DNA of 64,000 nucleotides, from positions 35,030,001-35,094,000 of the forward strand of contig OZ024743.1 in the NCBI GenBank assembly GCA_964016885.1. Direction: 5' to 3'. The translations under genes were made by a program, and so were the position numbers. Shown piece after piece: positions 13,950 through 26,581 of the stretch (position 1 is the stretch's first letter; the number at the start of each line of letters is the position of its first letter). The stretch is from Eledone cirrhosa. Taxonomy: Eukaryota. Under the pieces are notes generated by a model. The model saw only the letters and a list, made by a program, of their open reading frames with translations, did not search any database and had not been told where the DNA came from.

Positions 13950-14430
13950 AGACCAAGCCAGTACTTAATTGGACCTACTGTCCTCCAAGACAGGCCAGGA
14001 GCCACAACCAGTGTTGGTAAGGTTTCTTTGGTTAGATGCCCTTCCTATCGCCAACCACTTTACAGAGTGTAGTGAGTGCGTTTTATAGTGGCACCAACAG
14101 TAGAGAGGTTGTCATGTCCTTGACATAACTGAAGAGTCCTCTTAATCCTTTGTTTGACATGGTTTCAACAGCTGGATGTACTTCCTAATACCAACCACTT
14201 TACAGAGTGTACTGAATGCATTTTATCGTGACATCAGCACTGGATGTGTTGTGTTCTTGACACAACTGAAGAGTCCTCACAAACTTTTGTTTGGTGTCTT
14301 TGTTGTTGTCAATTCTATTGTATTTCTCCACATCAATCACTTACTTACATGTCACCTTGTCACCTCCAAATAAATAAATCAGAAATAAAAATATTATAAT
14401 GCTAACATAGACAAAAAAACAATTACTTAC

Positions 14431-14526
14431 AGTTACAGAGTCTCCCTTTTCACTCATAGATGTATTCAGCTGCTGGATTTCCGACTCCATCTTCTTAATA
14501 TTTTCCTGTTTGTCATCTATCATATC
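14431..14526 (-). CDS. CDK5RAP2: CDK5RAP2-like exon (DMIDDKQENIKKMESEIQQLNTSMSEKGDSVT)
   Basis: atatttag / gtaagt; 96 nt, phase 0-0; coiled-coil. Confidence 0.88.
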
Positions 14527-15249
14527 CTAAATATATAATATATTCAATATTTACAGTAACCACTTCTAAAATAGTATACTCATACATAAATGTGTGTGTG
14601 TGTATGTGTGATCATCATCTTAATCCATGTTTCTATGCTAGCATAGGTTGGATTGGTTATCAAAGTCTAATATATTCCATGGGTTATCAAAGTCTCACAT
14701 ATTCAATTTTTAACAAGGTTTCTACAGTTGGATACCTTGCCAACCACTTTACAGATTGTACTAGGTACCTTTTATTATGGCACTAGCACTGCTGTGGCAC
14801 ATGCACACACAAAGGTCTTAGTAATAAAGAGCATGAAATATGGAGTTTCTTTATATAAAACATTTTGTAGAAAATAATTTACACAATAGACAAAACCAAA
14901 ATAAAATATAACAATAAAATAAAAAAATTGAGTAAAATATTGTCTATAAATGAACAGTTGTCATGTTTTTCATTTTTAATCTTACTTTTTTAATAAATAA
15001 ATAAAGAAATTTACATCAATAACAACTGAAGGTAACTGCTCCACCAACCCCAAAAAACCTGACTTTTATGTGTATGTGTTTGTGTGCACTCATGCATACA
15101 TACACACATTTTTATATTAATATTAAGCTGTAGATTTATAGGTATAAAAATAAAAACAAATATCTATTGATGAGGTGACTCAATGCATGTAGCAGTGTTG
15201 TATTTATATGTGATATGTATAGACATTATTTAGAATAAATAAATAAATG

Positions 15250-15425
15250 GGGCGGTGGATTGGCATTATTGGTAGAGGGTTGGACGCCATGCTTTGCAGC
15301 ATAGAGTTACGCCCCTTTACGGTCTGAGTTCAAATCCTGCTGAGGTTAACTTTGCCTTTCATCCTTACGGGGTCAATAGAATAAAACACTAGTAATGCAC
15401 TGTGCCAAAAGTAGAAACAATTATT
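15250..15425 (+). mobile_element. SINE family S1
   Basis: Match to 1031-1227; TSD attatttagaataaat. Confidence 0.85.
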
Positions 15426-16003
15426 TAGAATAAATCAATGTCAAACAAATTGATTTCAGTTCAGCAGTAATGTTATGTATTGAAAATGAAATTATAATTG
15501 CTATTAACATGAAATATCAAGGTGAAAGATATAAAGTATTTCATAATAGATGTAAAAAATGTTTAATTTGATACACAAACACACACGTGTGTGTGGGTGA
15601 GAATTACTAAAAGTACAACTATGTTTGAGTTTCATTTGAAAAACATGTCATTAATATAACATGCTTGACGGAAAAGTTGCTCCCTATTTCCACAAATATG
15701 TATTATTGTAAATTTATCTGAAATTATTTGCTTTAAAATTTTTTTAATTATTAAATTACATATTATTTACATTATCATTGTTATTTTTGCTATAATTTTG
15801 TGTTATCATGATTAATTATTACAATTATTGTTATTGCTATATTTACAGTTTTTTCTGTAAACCCTACTTTGTGTATTGACCCCAAAGTCTTGGGCCTTAG
15901 TGACTAAAAAACTTCTTTATTATGAAAACAATGTTGTCTCTGATCAAGATGAAGTGAGAGCGTATTTGATTGAATACATATGAAAATGAGAAAACTCATC
16001 GCT

Positions 16004-16244
16004 AGAACAGCTGTTAAAACAGCTAAATGCTGTCAAAGACAGCAATGGGCAAAAAATGCCTCAGAAGATAGAGACCAGTGGCCAGTGGTCAACAGAGAGA
16101 GAATTCACAAGGTGGGTGACAGGCAGATGAAATATAGAAAAAATTGAAAATGGATTTTCTCTGTTGGCTGCTGGTCCCTGTTCTCTGAGGTATTTTTGCC
16201 CATTGCTATCTTTGACAACATTTAGCTGTTTTAATGGCTGTTCT
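16004..16244. repeat. Imperfect inverted repeat, arms about 90-100 bp
   Basis: agaacagctgttaaaacagctaaatgctgtcaaagacagcaatgggcaaaaa... pairs with ...tttttgcccattgctatctttgacaacatttagctgttttaatggctgttct. Confidence 0.85.
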
Positions 16245-17871
16245 TTATTATTCTTTATTATTGTTATTATACTTTACTAAAAATTAACAAACATAAATCT
16301 TAAATAAATAAACAGTAAAGTCATGTGTTAAAATTAAATAAGTGTAAATTATAACTCTTTCAATGTGAACAATATATTTCAAAGTAGGAATTGAATATCT
16401 ATAAATGAAAAGCAACTACTTCTTGATGGTTAAGTGCAAGTAAGTTTATGTGTAAGTGTTCAAACCCAGGGAAAGAAACAAAACACAGAAACCAATAAAT
16501 ACCTTCTTGTTGAAGAAAATGTGATTTGTATGAAGGAGTATTGGTAATACAGGAAGAATGCACAAAAGAAGATTCATCAGTTTGCATGCTGTATAATGTA
16601 ATGCAGCACCCAAAGTGAATGATTACACAGATTGCTTAAGGTGAAAAGACAGATACACTGAACTGTTTTAAATGGGGATGATATGGAGGTGATAGAACAG
16701 TGGACCTTGAAATAACTAAGAGTCACCAATGAAAATGAAATTTACAGCCCAAACCTATATAGGTTTAGTAGGCCTCCTACAAGGCTACATCCTGTAGGAG
16801 GTTTCTTGGGTGTTTTAATGACATGGGCTCTAGTACTATCACATAAAGCAACATGAAATAAAATATCTTGCTCAAGAACACAACATGCCACCAGGTGCAA
16901 GAATCAAACCCACAACCTTATGATTGTGAATCCAACACCCTAACCACAAAGCCACGCACCTTCACCTGGTGGTCTCTAAACTGGGGATGAAGGTAAAAAA
17001 GGAATTTAATTTGAAATTTATCAATGAGGGATAGTTTTATCTGGATAGAGAGATGTGATTTAAGCATTGTAGAAGATTAAACAACTGCTGAAGACATGAA
17101 ACTATTTTCTAGTTCTGAGTTTGAATCAAAAGAAGCTTAATGTAATCTATGACCTTGTTGAGGGTAGGGATGCAGTTAATTTATAGTGATTGTAGGATGT
17201 GAAGAACATAATCTACTCAGTATACTTGAAGAATTATAATACTAAAAATATTTATAGATATACCCAACTAACAAAGAAAATTTCTTTCATCAGTTTGAAA
17301 GGAATGCCATGGAATGAAACTTGGAAATATGCCCTAGACTCTTGGCTATATGTCAGAGACATCAAAGTAGCCAAGCCAATGAAAGAGCTTCATGGCTGAT
17401 TGGCCTGCTGTAAATAGTAATCAAATCTCCCTCAGGCCATAGCCCACTGTCTTAAAAAAGGAAAGAAACTTTGAACAAAAAAAGTGGGCATACAAAAAAA
17501 ACTTGATGATTACAACTTGAACATCCTTAGCCATGGATGTGTTTAATTGGGGCTGACCTGAAGCTAAAAAAGAACAGGCTGAAATTTCAGATTCTTCATT
17601 TTCATGAGAGTTCAGTAAACAAGATTTGTCATGATATAAAGAGAGACAGCTAACAGCTACATTGAAAATACTTCTAAGTGAAATTGTAGGCAAGCTACCA
17701 TTCCAAAGATTTAGTTTATATCAGGACTATGTCTTTTAAATATATAAATATACCTTCCATGCAAGCGTGGAAGATGGATGTTAAACAATGATGATGATAC
17801 TTTGTTATACTAGAGTTAGAAGTGGTACACATAAAACTACCGACAAGTTTAACAAACTTATCAAGTGTATT

Positions 17872-17873
<2 letters not shown>

Positions 17874-17929
<56 letters not shown>
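17874..17929. repeat. (TG)n microsatellite
   Basis: Read directly. Other long simple repeats: (TA)n at about 19641-19698, 20292-20350, 48127-48193, 55723-55768, 55891-55940; (CT)n(AT)n 41821-41909; (CATA)n about 41987-42032; (TAA)n 42286-42330. Confidence 0.95.
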
Positions 17930-17930
<1 letters not shown>

Positions 17931-17932
<2 letters not shown>

Positions 17933-19295
17933 CATCATCATCAACATTTAACGTCCGTGTTCCACGCTTGCATGGGTTTGGACGGGGGTTTTCCCACTTG
18001 GGGCAAGAGTGATTGTCTTGCTCGCATAGGACTGTCTGGCGGGTTTTCTACAGCTGGATGCCCTTCCTAACACCAACCACATTTACAGTGTGGGGCTGGG
18101 AGGTTTTTACCGTGTTGCCTACACGGCCACATTACAGCGTGGACTGTGTGTTTTTTTGTCGTGACACCTACATGATCTCATTTGTTTCGGCCTGGATGTT
18201 GTGGCACCAACATAACTTTACATTGAAAGGGGCGGTGTGGATGGGGTGGGGGTGGTGGGACGGGGGTGTATTTTGTTAGAGATGCCTAGTGACTGTAGTA
18301 GGATTTACTTTGTATTTAGGTAAGGCGGGTCTTCTCTATTACTGAGTACTGCCATAGGTCTCGGTCCAGTGACATTGTCTTGGAGAGGTGTAAGTGTGTG
18401 AGGTCGGAATTTATCAGCTCGTCCCAGGTTTTTCTGGGTCTGCCTACTCCGTGGCTACCGTCTATCTTTATTGCCCTGCACTTTGTTATACAGCTATCGT
18501 CTTTCATGCGCATCACGTGACCATACCAACGTAGCCTTCTCTCGAGTAAACAACATCTGATCCCTCTTATTTCTAATTTTTTCCTTAGTTCGTTTATGCT
18601 TTGCTGTTCACGTATATTACTATTACACATCTAGCGGAGCATGCAAGCTTCGTTCCTCTCTAGTCTGCGTATATCCTCTGCACACAATGCCCAGGTCTCA
18701 CTGCCATGCAACATTGCTGTTCGTATGCAGGCATCATACAACCTGCCTTTCATTTTTAGGGAGAACCCTTTAGCAGCTAATAGTGGTATAAGCTCTCTGA
18801 ACTTTTTCCATCCAGTTCTGACTCTAGCTACTGTACTTTCAGAGCACCCTCCCCCACTGCTGATTTTGTCACCCAGGTAACGGAAGCTGTCCACTATTTC
18901 TATAGAGCCCTCTGCACAGTTGAAAGAGCTAGTATTTTGTGGGCACTTGCTGCTACTTATTGCACCCATACTTTGCATTTCGGACACAAAATGGAGTTTC
19001 TACCTACGCCGCCTTATTTTCTTTCCTACAAACTAGAACTTTGGTCTTAGCCAGGTTAATTTTAAGGCCCTTTGATTCTAGGCCATGCTTCCATGTTTGG
19101 AATTTCTTCTCTAGCTCGGCCATTGATTCAGCTATGAGTGTTAGGTCATCTGCGTATAGGAGTTCCCATGGGCAGCCGGTCTTGAACTCCTCTGTTATAG
19201 CCTGAAGGGCAATAATAAATAGTAGGGGGCTGAGAACAGAGCCCTGATGGACGCCAACTTTTACGCTAAACTCTTCACTATATTCGTTGTTAATT
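17931..19295 (-). mobile_element. RTE-clade LINE, 5'-truncated and disabled
   Basis: VGVHQGSVLSPLLF, ELLYADDL, FRYLG, AMLHGSETW, RRLRWYGHVMR, GRPRKTW. Premature stop at 18631-18633 and a frameshift near 19000; 3' UTR ends in (GAT)n. Confidence 0.93.
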
Positions 19296-19312
19296 CATAT
19301 ATATATATGTGT

Positions 19313-19638
19313 GGAGGCACATGGCTTAGTGGTTAGAGCATTGGCCTTGCAATCGAAAGGTTGTGAGTTCAATTCTCAGACTGGGTGATGCGTTGTTTCC
19401 TTGAGCAAGACACTTTATTTCACATTGCTCCAGTTTACTCAGCTGTAGAAATGAGATGATAGGGACTGGGGTCCCTATCATTCCACTGCAAAGTGGTCGT
19501 GTAGGTGACACGGCAAAAAACACCCAGCTCACTGTAAATGAGGTTGGTGTTAGGAAGGGCATCCAGCTGTAGGAATCAAGCCAGAATCAGTTCCCGTCCC
19601 ACCCTTGCAAGCAGGGAAAAGTGGACGTAAAATGATGA

Positions 19639-19641
<3 letters not shown>
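19313..19641 (+). mobile_element. tRNA-head, CORE-like SINE with RTE-derived 3' tail
   Basis: TGGCTTAGTGG and GAGTTCAATTC boxes; CCTTGAGCAAGACACTTTATTTCAC core. Tail GTTAGGAAGGGCATCCAGCTGTAG...GGACGTAAAATGATGAT matches the adjacent RTE 3' UTR. Confidence 0.8.
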
Positions 19642-19704
<63 letters not shown>

Positions 19705-20287
19705 CAGTAAATAAGACCATTATTACTCCAATCAGACCACAAAACACTTAGCAAACACCCTAAACCGAACATCAACATGCACTCATGACTCCTGCTAAAA
19801 CAACTTGTGACCAACAGTAACTTAACATTACACACCAACAATAAAGTTAGTTATATTACTAAACCCTGCTAAATTCTTGTCCTGTTTATTCATGCTATAT
19901 CAGTTGATGTTATTATTTCCCATTCCTATGGACAATGATTTGGTTAACTCTAGAAATAATTAAACAAGCTCAACAATAAATAAATGATTTATAGATAGTG
20001 AAAAATCCAACATTATGGACACTTTTACTTTAGAGAAAAAACAGAGAGACTAATCCTAGAGTTAGTAAAAAGTAAAATGAATTAATAATAAGTAATTACT
20101 ATTATTTCCTAAATAGATATGGAAATAAAAAAAAACTTTATACATACATTTACTAATTAATTGCAGTGCATAAATATGACAAATTATTAGTTGTTATATA
20201 AGGATATAGAAAATTCAAAATAAATCAGTTATATTAAATGTGTAGCGTGAGATTCCGCGCACCAAAGCAATGTGTAATGGTATGTGC

Positions 20288-20353
<66 letters not shown>

Positions 20354-20919
20354 AGCTAAAGCAAAGTTGGATATGCCTGAAGCGATTGCAGCTAATCAGT
20401 CATACAAAGCAATTAACAGACCTGATAATGATATTCTAACAGAACAGTGTCACTTTTAATGTGTTTATCTTCCAAGACCTGTGACAATTTCTAAGATAGA
20501 GGAAAAATAACAAAAACTCAAAGATAAAAGAAAAGGCAGTATAAAATCATACATGTTAAGTGTAGTTTTAAGGGAAAAAAAAAAAAGAAATGAATTTACA
20601 AACTAATAAAGATTAATCAAATATGCAATGTGATATAAAACAACTTAGTAATTAAAAAAAAAAATCAAATGTGTGCAAGTGAAATAGTTAATTTTTTCAG
20701 ACAGCAGCAAAAAGTTGTGAAATAAACTACCTCCAAGCTTGCATCAGTTAATGGGGGTGTAAATAGCATTACAATTTCTAGCATCACATTCATAAGACCA
20801 TATTAAAAATTGGAAGCCAATGATTATATTTTCTCTTTTTTTCAAATATTTGTTTAATAAGTTAACATATAGTATCAAATGAGATATAAGAACTGAAAAA
20901 TATTAGTAATGACTTATTG

Positions 20920-20956
<37 letters not shown>

Positions 20957-22231
20957 GCAGCTGAAGTTCAGTTGTATCTTAACTGAAACTTCAATAATTA
21001 TAAAACGACTATTCTAAATCCCGAGACAAACTATAACCAACAATTTAGAAATGTTATAAAAACAAGGCTTGGCATGCATTTTTTAGATTTTTTCCACTTA
21101 TGATGATCGAAATCATGACCAGCTGTAGCAATTTTTTATTGAATTTATTTTTATATATCTACTACAAATAAAGTATGACCTGTTGGGGGTGTTTCAATTG
21201 GTTCATGATAGCTGTATGACTATGTCATTCAATGATGATTTTACAAAACCCAGTGAAAGATTGTTGATCCTCCCTTATTTGCCTGTTCTTATTAATTGAA
21301 GATTGTTTGTAGGGATTGCCACATCAAGTTCATTTCCAATTGCCTCGATAACTTCAACTCACTCAAATTGACTTTCTCCATTGTATCACTAATTCAATAA
21401 CTGGAAAATGACTTTACTTAGTGAAAGAAACATTTCACAAAATTATAATTTTACCATCTAACAACAGAGGTAAACCTCAAAATTCTGTTCAAAACAGTTA
21501 ATATTCATTTCAAAGTTACTAAAACAAAAAAAGATTTTTACACAATTGTATCATTTCATATTCTATGTCAATTTAAATTTCAAAGTAGACTTAAAAACAA
21601 TTTAAATTTCCTAATTCACATTACTTTCAAGGAATAAAGATTCTGACTTTCCATAATTGGCAATTTCAAATTACTTTAAGGTGATATTAAAAATAAGCAT
21701 AGTGGTAAAGCTAATGTGGAGATTAGAATTATGGAACAATAAGTAATGTTTTAAAAAATTCAGAGATAGCAGTCCTCAAGTTTCAAGTCTTCACAGGTTC
21801 ACTAAATTTAATTTCTCTGGGACTGTTAAAACATAAGTACTGAATAACTAAAGGGGAAGGAATAATACATATGTAGAATGTTAAGTAGTGGCTGTCATCC
21901 TCAAGTTTGGGTTTGAACTCTGTCAGAGCAGTCTCTGGATAACTGTTTGGAGCCTATAACAAAGACACTTGAAAAATAACTTCTCATTTCTTTCAGGTTT
22001 GGTAGCAGGAAAATTTGTTGGTTATAAAACACTAAACACCACCACTTCAATAAAATATATGAATGACACAATTCATGATAGAAATGTAACCTGAAACTTA
22101 GCATACAAAAGGTGATAAAAATGAAAAAGAAAAACAAGCAGGTTGTGGAAACTATAAAGACTGTTAAAGTCATGCAAGAGAAATTCCCATAATGCTTTAA
22201 AATGTGTCAAATGATAAGAATCAAAACTTAC

Positions 22232-22346
22232 TTCAAAGTCTCTTTCTTTTCTTCCTAGTGTCTTTTCTAACTTCTTAATTTTCTCAATGTAATTATCTTC
22301 TAAGCGATGTTTGGATTCAAGTTCACTTCCTAATTGGTCCACCATT
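22232..22346 (-). CDS. CDK5RAP2: CDK5RAP2-like exon (MVDQLGSELESKHRLEDNYIEKIKKLEKTLGRKERDFE)
   Basis: atttcattcag / gtaagt; 115 nt, phase 2 to 0. Confidence 0.9.
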
Positions 22347-22786
22347 CTGAATGAAATATAAAACAAAATGTCAGCCTTTTCCAATCAACATACAATTAAA
22401 ATATATATATATTTGATAGACAGCTGATTAAATCAATAAAAACGCAGCTCTCTGGCTGAAGATTTGAATCCCAATATTGGCACTGTTATTTCCATGGTAA
22501 ATAAATACTTTTAACTATCACTAGCTCATGTTGAAACTAGGTACTAATCTATAACAGTTCATGGATTGGATCAAATCCTTTATTAGCCTGGAGATAATCA
22601 CAAGAAATTACATAGTATTATCCTTTGAATGCAAGGCTCAAATGATTAATGGAGATGAGAAAAAAAAATTAACATAAAACAAATCTTATTAATTTACAAC
22701 ATTGACATTAATTACATTCTGTTACAATATTTTAAAGAATATTGAAGAAAAAGAGATCAAAACATATTTCAAAGTTTATTAAATAA

Positions 22787-23271
22787 CTAGCTGAGGTACC
22801 CGGTAATACTCGGGAGCGGGGGTATTCCCAGTTCCCATTAAAATGCCCAATGCCTCTCAGACCAAAAATGAAATCAAAATATAGGACAGATAATGAAACG
22901 ATAAAAACAAATATTGTTGATTGCATTGGTCAGGCGAAAAAATATTTGTCAGAGAAGTTGAGTGTTGCTATAAGGAAAAAAATAGAACCCCCATTAGGGT
23001 GTCTTAATATTATTGAAATTTGCTGAAATTTGTGAATAAGCATCATATCTTGTCATTTACCTATGTTTAAATTTCATATAAATCAAAGGGAAAAAATTTT
23101 CAGCAGGGGTTTGAGCCCCCGGAGAACCCTTTGATTAAAATGAAATATACCTAAGAAATCAAATGGGTATGAGCCCCACACACGTGTCAAGTTTCATCAA
23201 GATCGGTTTGGTAGTTTTTGAATTTTAGGTTCACAAACATACAGACAGAAATTGCCATTTATGTATATAGA
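22787..23271 (-). mobile_element. Non-autonomous Helitron
   Basis: Minus strand 5' TCTATATACATAAA...TCTGTCTGT; 3' hairpin (cccggtaatactcggg) then CTAG; A|T insertion. Confidence 0.85.
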
Positions 23272-23289
23272 TAACATAAAGTTTCTTAC

Positions 23290-23321
23290 TTTTGAAGATC
23301 TTCCAGGTCTGACTCTTTAGT
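23290..23321 (-). CDS. CDK5RAP2: CDK5RAP2-like 32-nt exon (TKESDLEDLQK)
   Basis: ctatttcag / gtaaga; phase 0 to 2. Needed to bridge the phase-0 upstream exon to the phase-2 downstream exon. Confidence 0.85.
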
Positions 23322-24596
23322 CTGAAATAGAATTACAGAAAACAGTTTCAAATTAAAACTTCATAAAATATTGATAATTATAAACTAAACAATTTCTAAT
23401 GATACTAAATCAATTAACCAACCAGTTAAGAGTTCAAATGAATTAATCTAACCAGTCAAATATGCATGTCCACAACATAACCATTACAATCCACACAGAT
23501 AAAAAAATTTTAAATGTGGTATACAAAATTTTAAATGCAGTATACAAAATATTTTCACAACTATTTATGTTATTATAGACTGAGTTATTCAAATTAATGT
23601 CTTCATCTTTTTGTTTTAGCTCTGTTTCAGCTGCTGCACCCTCTAACCTTCTTCAGAGGCATAATATTTGGCAATGTTCTTAGAATTTTAACCCTTTAGC
23701 AGTTACATAACTCAATATTTACTATTATATTTTCACAATAAAGGCTTTATCTTACACAATATTGAATCTATGAGATTTTGATAACAATACCTTAACATCA
23801 GTATGAGTGGCCAGTTACACCCTGTTTGAACAGAAACAGGTGAGAGTATTCTGGCTGAATACAACCAGAAGGCAGAAAGGCTGAAATGTTACAAGCATAA
23901 CAACCAAGTTAAGTTCCCTAGTCTGAATAAACCAGTGTATAATAACAATAATTCCTCATTGTAGAATTTCATACAATATATTTATGTACTTAGAAATATC
24001 TAATTTGGTAATCAAATATTTGAAAGAAAAAAGAGACACATAGCCAGAAAGGTTTATTTAACATATGAGAAGTAGAAGTGAGGTGGTGAGCTAGTAATAG
24101 CTGGTAACAGGTGAACTTAAAGTGAAGAATATTGATTCTACATTAGTTCAGGCATAGAAAGCTTCTGCCAAGGAGTGATTTTTTGGGAAACAAATTAGTT
24201 TACACCAGCAGGAAATAAAATAAAATTGATACTCAAATTGGACGATTGCTGATACTATCTGTTGGTAACAGTTCTATGCAGAAGCATCACCACTTTTCCA
24301 GTCACAGAAGGCAGGATTTGAACTCAGATGCACAGAACTAGAAAAGGTACTGCAATGAATCTCATCTACAGCTTTAACAATTCCACCAATCCACTGCCTC
24401 TGAATAGGTTCTTATTTATCACCCTCCAAAGGATGAAAGCAAAGTTGGCATAGAGTCAGAATAAATACTGAGGTATTTAATCCAATAAACCTAACATGAA
24501 ACTAGCATCTAACATGTCAAAACTGCAATTACACTAAAAACTACAATATAAAATGTACATATAACAAAAATAAGAGAAATAACAAAATAAACTTAC

Positions 24597-24731
24597 CAAA
24601 CCTTCATCCAACTGCTTCTGATTAATCACAACTGTCTCCTTTAGTTTCTCTGTCTGATTATGAAAATCAGTCTGTAGTCGAGCAACATTTGTATCTGCAT
24701 CCTCAAGTTTTTGCTTAGCTACAGATAGTTC
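24597..24731 (-). CDS. CDK5RAP2: CDK5RAP2-like coiled-coil exon (ELSVAKQKLEDADTNVARLQTDFHNQTEKLKETVVINQKQLDEGL)
   Basis: Weak acceptor ctattaactag, donor gtaagt; 135 nt, phase 0-0; open frame with heptad character. Confidence 0.85.
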
Positions 24732-25896
24732 CTAGTTAATAGATAGTACAAATAATAAATTGTCGAGGATGATGTGAATGGAGCTAGTGGTGAATATTAG
24801 GAAGAAAAAAGGAATGAGATGGTTAGGAAATGTTGAGGAAAGATGAACGTGATTTAGTGAGAGGAGTGATGGAAATGAATGTGGAAGGAAGTAGAGGAAG
24901 GCAAAAACCAATAAAAGCATGGCAAAAGCTAGTGGAGGAGGAAATGAAAGCCAAGGGGTTGGTGAATGAGAATGCAGGCGATAGGGCAAAATAGGGAAGC
25001 TTGTCATGAGGCCCCCATAAAGCTAACCCTAACTTTGGGAAATCAGTGGAAATGGCCTTAAAACACTTGTAATTAGTATAACAAGACAGGGGTTAAAAAA
25101 AAAATAAAATAAAATAAAAACATTATAAGTGTCTTTCTATATGTTTACCAAGGGAACTAATTTGCAATAATATATTTGAAACAGATATTGTTGCTTCATG
25201 ATGTTTTTAGCTGACTAAATCCAGATATATGTAATTAAATGTATCAATGACTATTGTTGTATATTCATGGATTTTCTCAACTCGAATAATTTGCAAGAAA
25301 TAGTTATTTGACGTATTTTAAAAAATGAACTGAACACGATAATATATATTAAATGCACTTTTTTTTTTTTTTTTTTTAATTTTTACAATATCGATTGTAA
25401 TTCTAAATTGTTCAAAAGTAAAGATTCCCATAAGTTTATATTATTATTTAAATCAGCTTTGCCAGTTGATCAGTTACACTTCTGACTATGAGGTTGCATA
25501 TAATGGCTGTACTGTGTGAATCTGGTTCAGAATGTTGTAAGAGGTGACTAAAAGGGTTGGTGTCAGAAAGGATATCTGGCTGTAAAACACTGCTTCAAAA
25601 TGGACTCTATGATGAGTATGGAACACTCACAAGGCTAACCTTTGCTTTAGCAGTGAAAATGGCCTTAAAACGTTTGTTGTATGTATATGATGATTACTTT
25701 TCAATGAACCAGCCCATATTATTATCATCAAGCACAAACATACACCAATGTTATATGACAATACTTTATTGATATACTCTATTGTATAGACCCATCTAAC
25801 TCACAATAATTAGAAAAATGACTGCTTGCTGTTGTTGTTGATGGTGGTGATGACAACAATAATAGTTATGTCAAAACAGAATAACAAAATGCTTAC

Positions 25897-26020
25897 CTTC
25901 TCTGTATCTTGTAGTTGTATTAATAAATTCTCTTTATCCTTGGTCCATTCTTTTTCTTTACTTTCTATAGCCTTCTTCAAGTCTTGTTGGTGGGAATTTG
26001 AAAGACTCTCAAGAGCAAGG
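25897..26020 (-). CDS. CDK5RAP2: CDK5RAP2-like coiled-coil exon (LALESLSNSHQQDLKKAIESKEKEWTKDKENLLIQLQDTEK)
   Basis: ccttttag / gtaagc; 124 nt, phase 2 to 0; open frame. Confidence 0.9.
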
Positions 26021-26289
26021 CTAAAAGGAAATAATTATTCTTAATTATGTAGAATTTCTTACATAAGCATAAGGTTTTTGCATTTATAGTAGTGGTAGAA
26101 ATGAGATTGAGTGAGTGTCATTCTAAAAGCATTAGCAATAATAAATAAAAATATATCAACAACAGTAAATTAAAATTAAGTTAGACTGGTCAGAAGAATT
26201 GCATTTCTTTGTGAAATAATGAATTCTAACATAGGTCTAAGAATTCATGTTTATAGAGGAGAAATACAATAAAAAGAAAACACACACAG

Positions 26290-26515
26290 TCCACGCTGTA
26301 ATGTAGGTAACACGGTAAAAAGTTCCCAGTTCCACACTGTAAATGTGGTTGGTGTTAGGAAGGGCATCCAGCCGTAGAAAACCTGCCAGATAGTCCTATA
26401 TGAGCGAGACACGGTCACCCGACCAGCCTTGCCTCAAGTGGGACAACTCCCGTCTAACCCATGCTAGCGTGGAAAACGGACGTTAAACGAAGATGATGAT
26501 GATGATGATGATGAA
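26290..26515 (+). mobile_element. RTE 3'-UTR fragment or RTE-tailed SINE
   Basis: Homologous to 17931-18145 (reverse strand); ends in (GAT)n. Confidence 0.75.
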
Positions 26516-26581
26516 TGCTTTTTATCACTATCAATAAACATATTTAGATAACCATTTTACCTGAACTCTATTTATCATCCA

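Noticed and set aside
17421-17693. 90-aa minus-strand ORF as an extra exon
   Set aside because: No convincing acceptor/donor pair, no coiled-coil character, and it is not needed for phase continuity.
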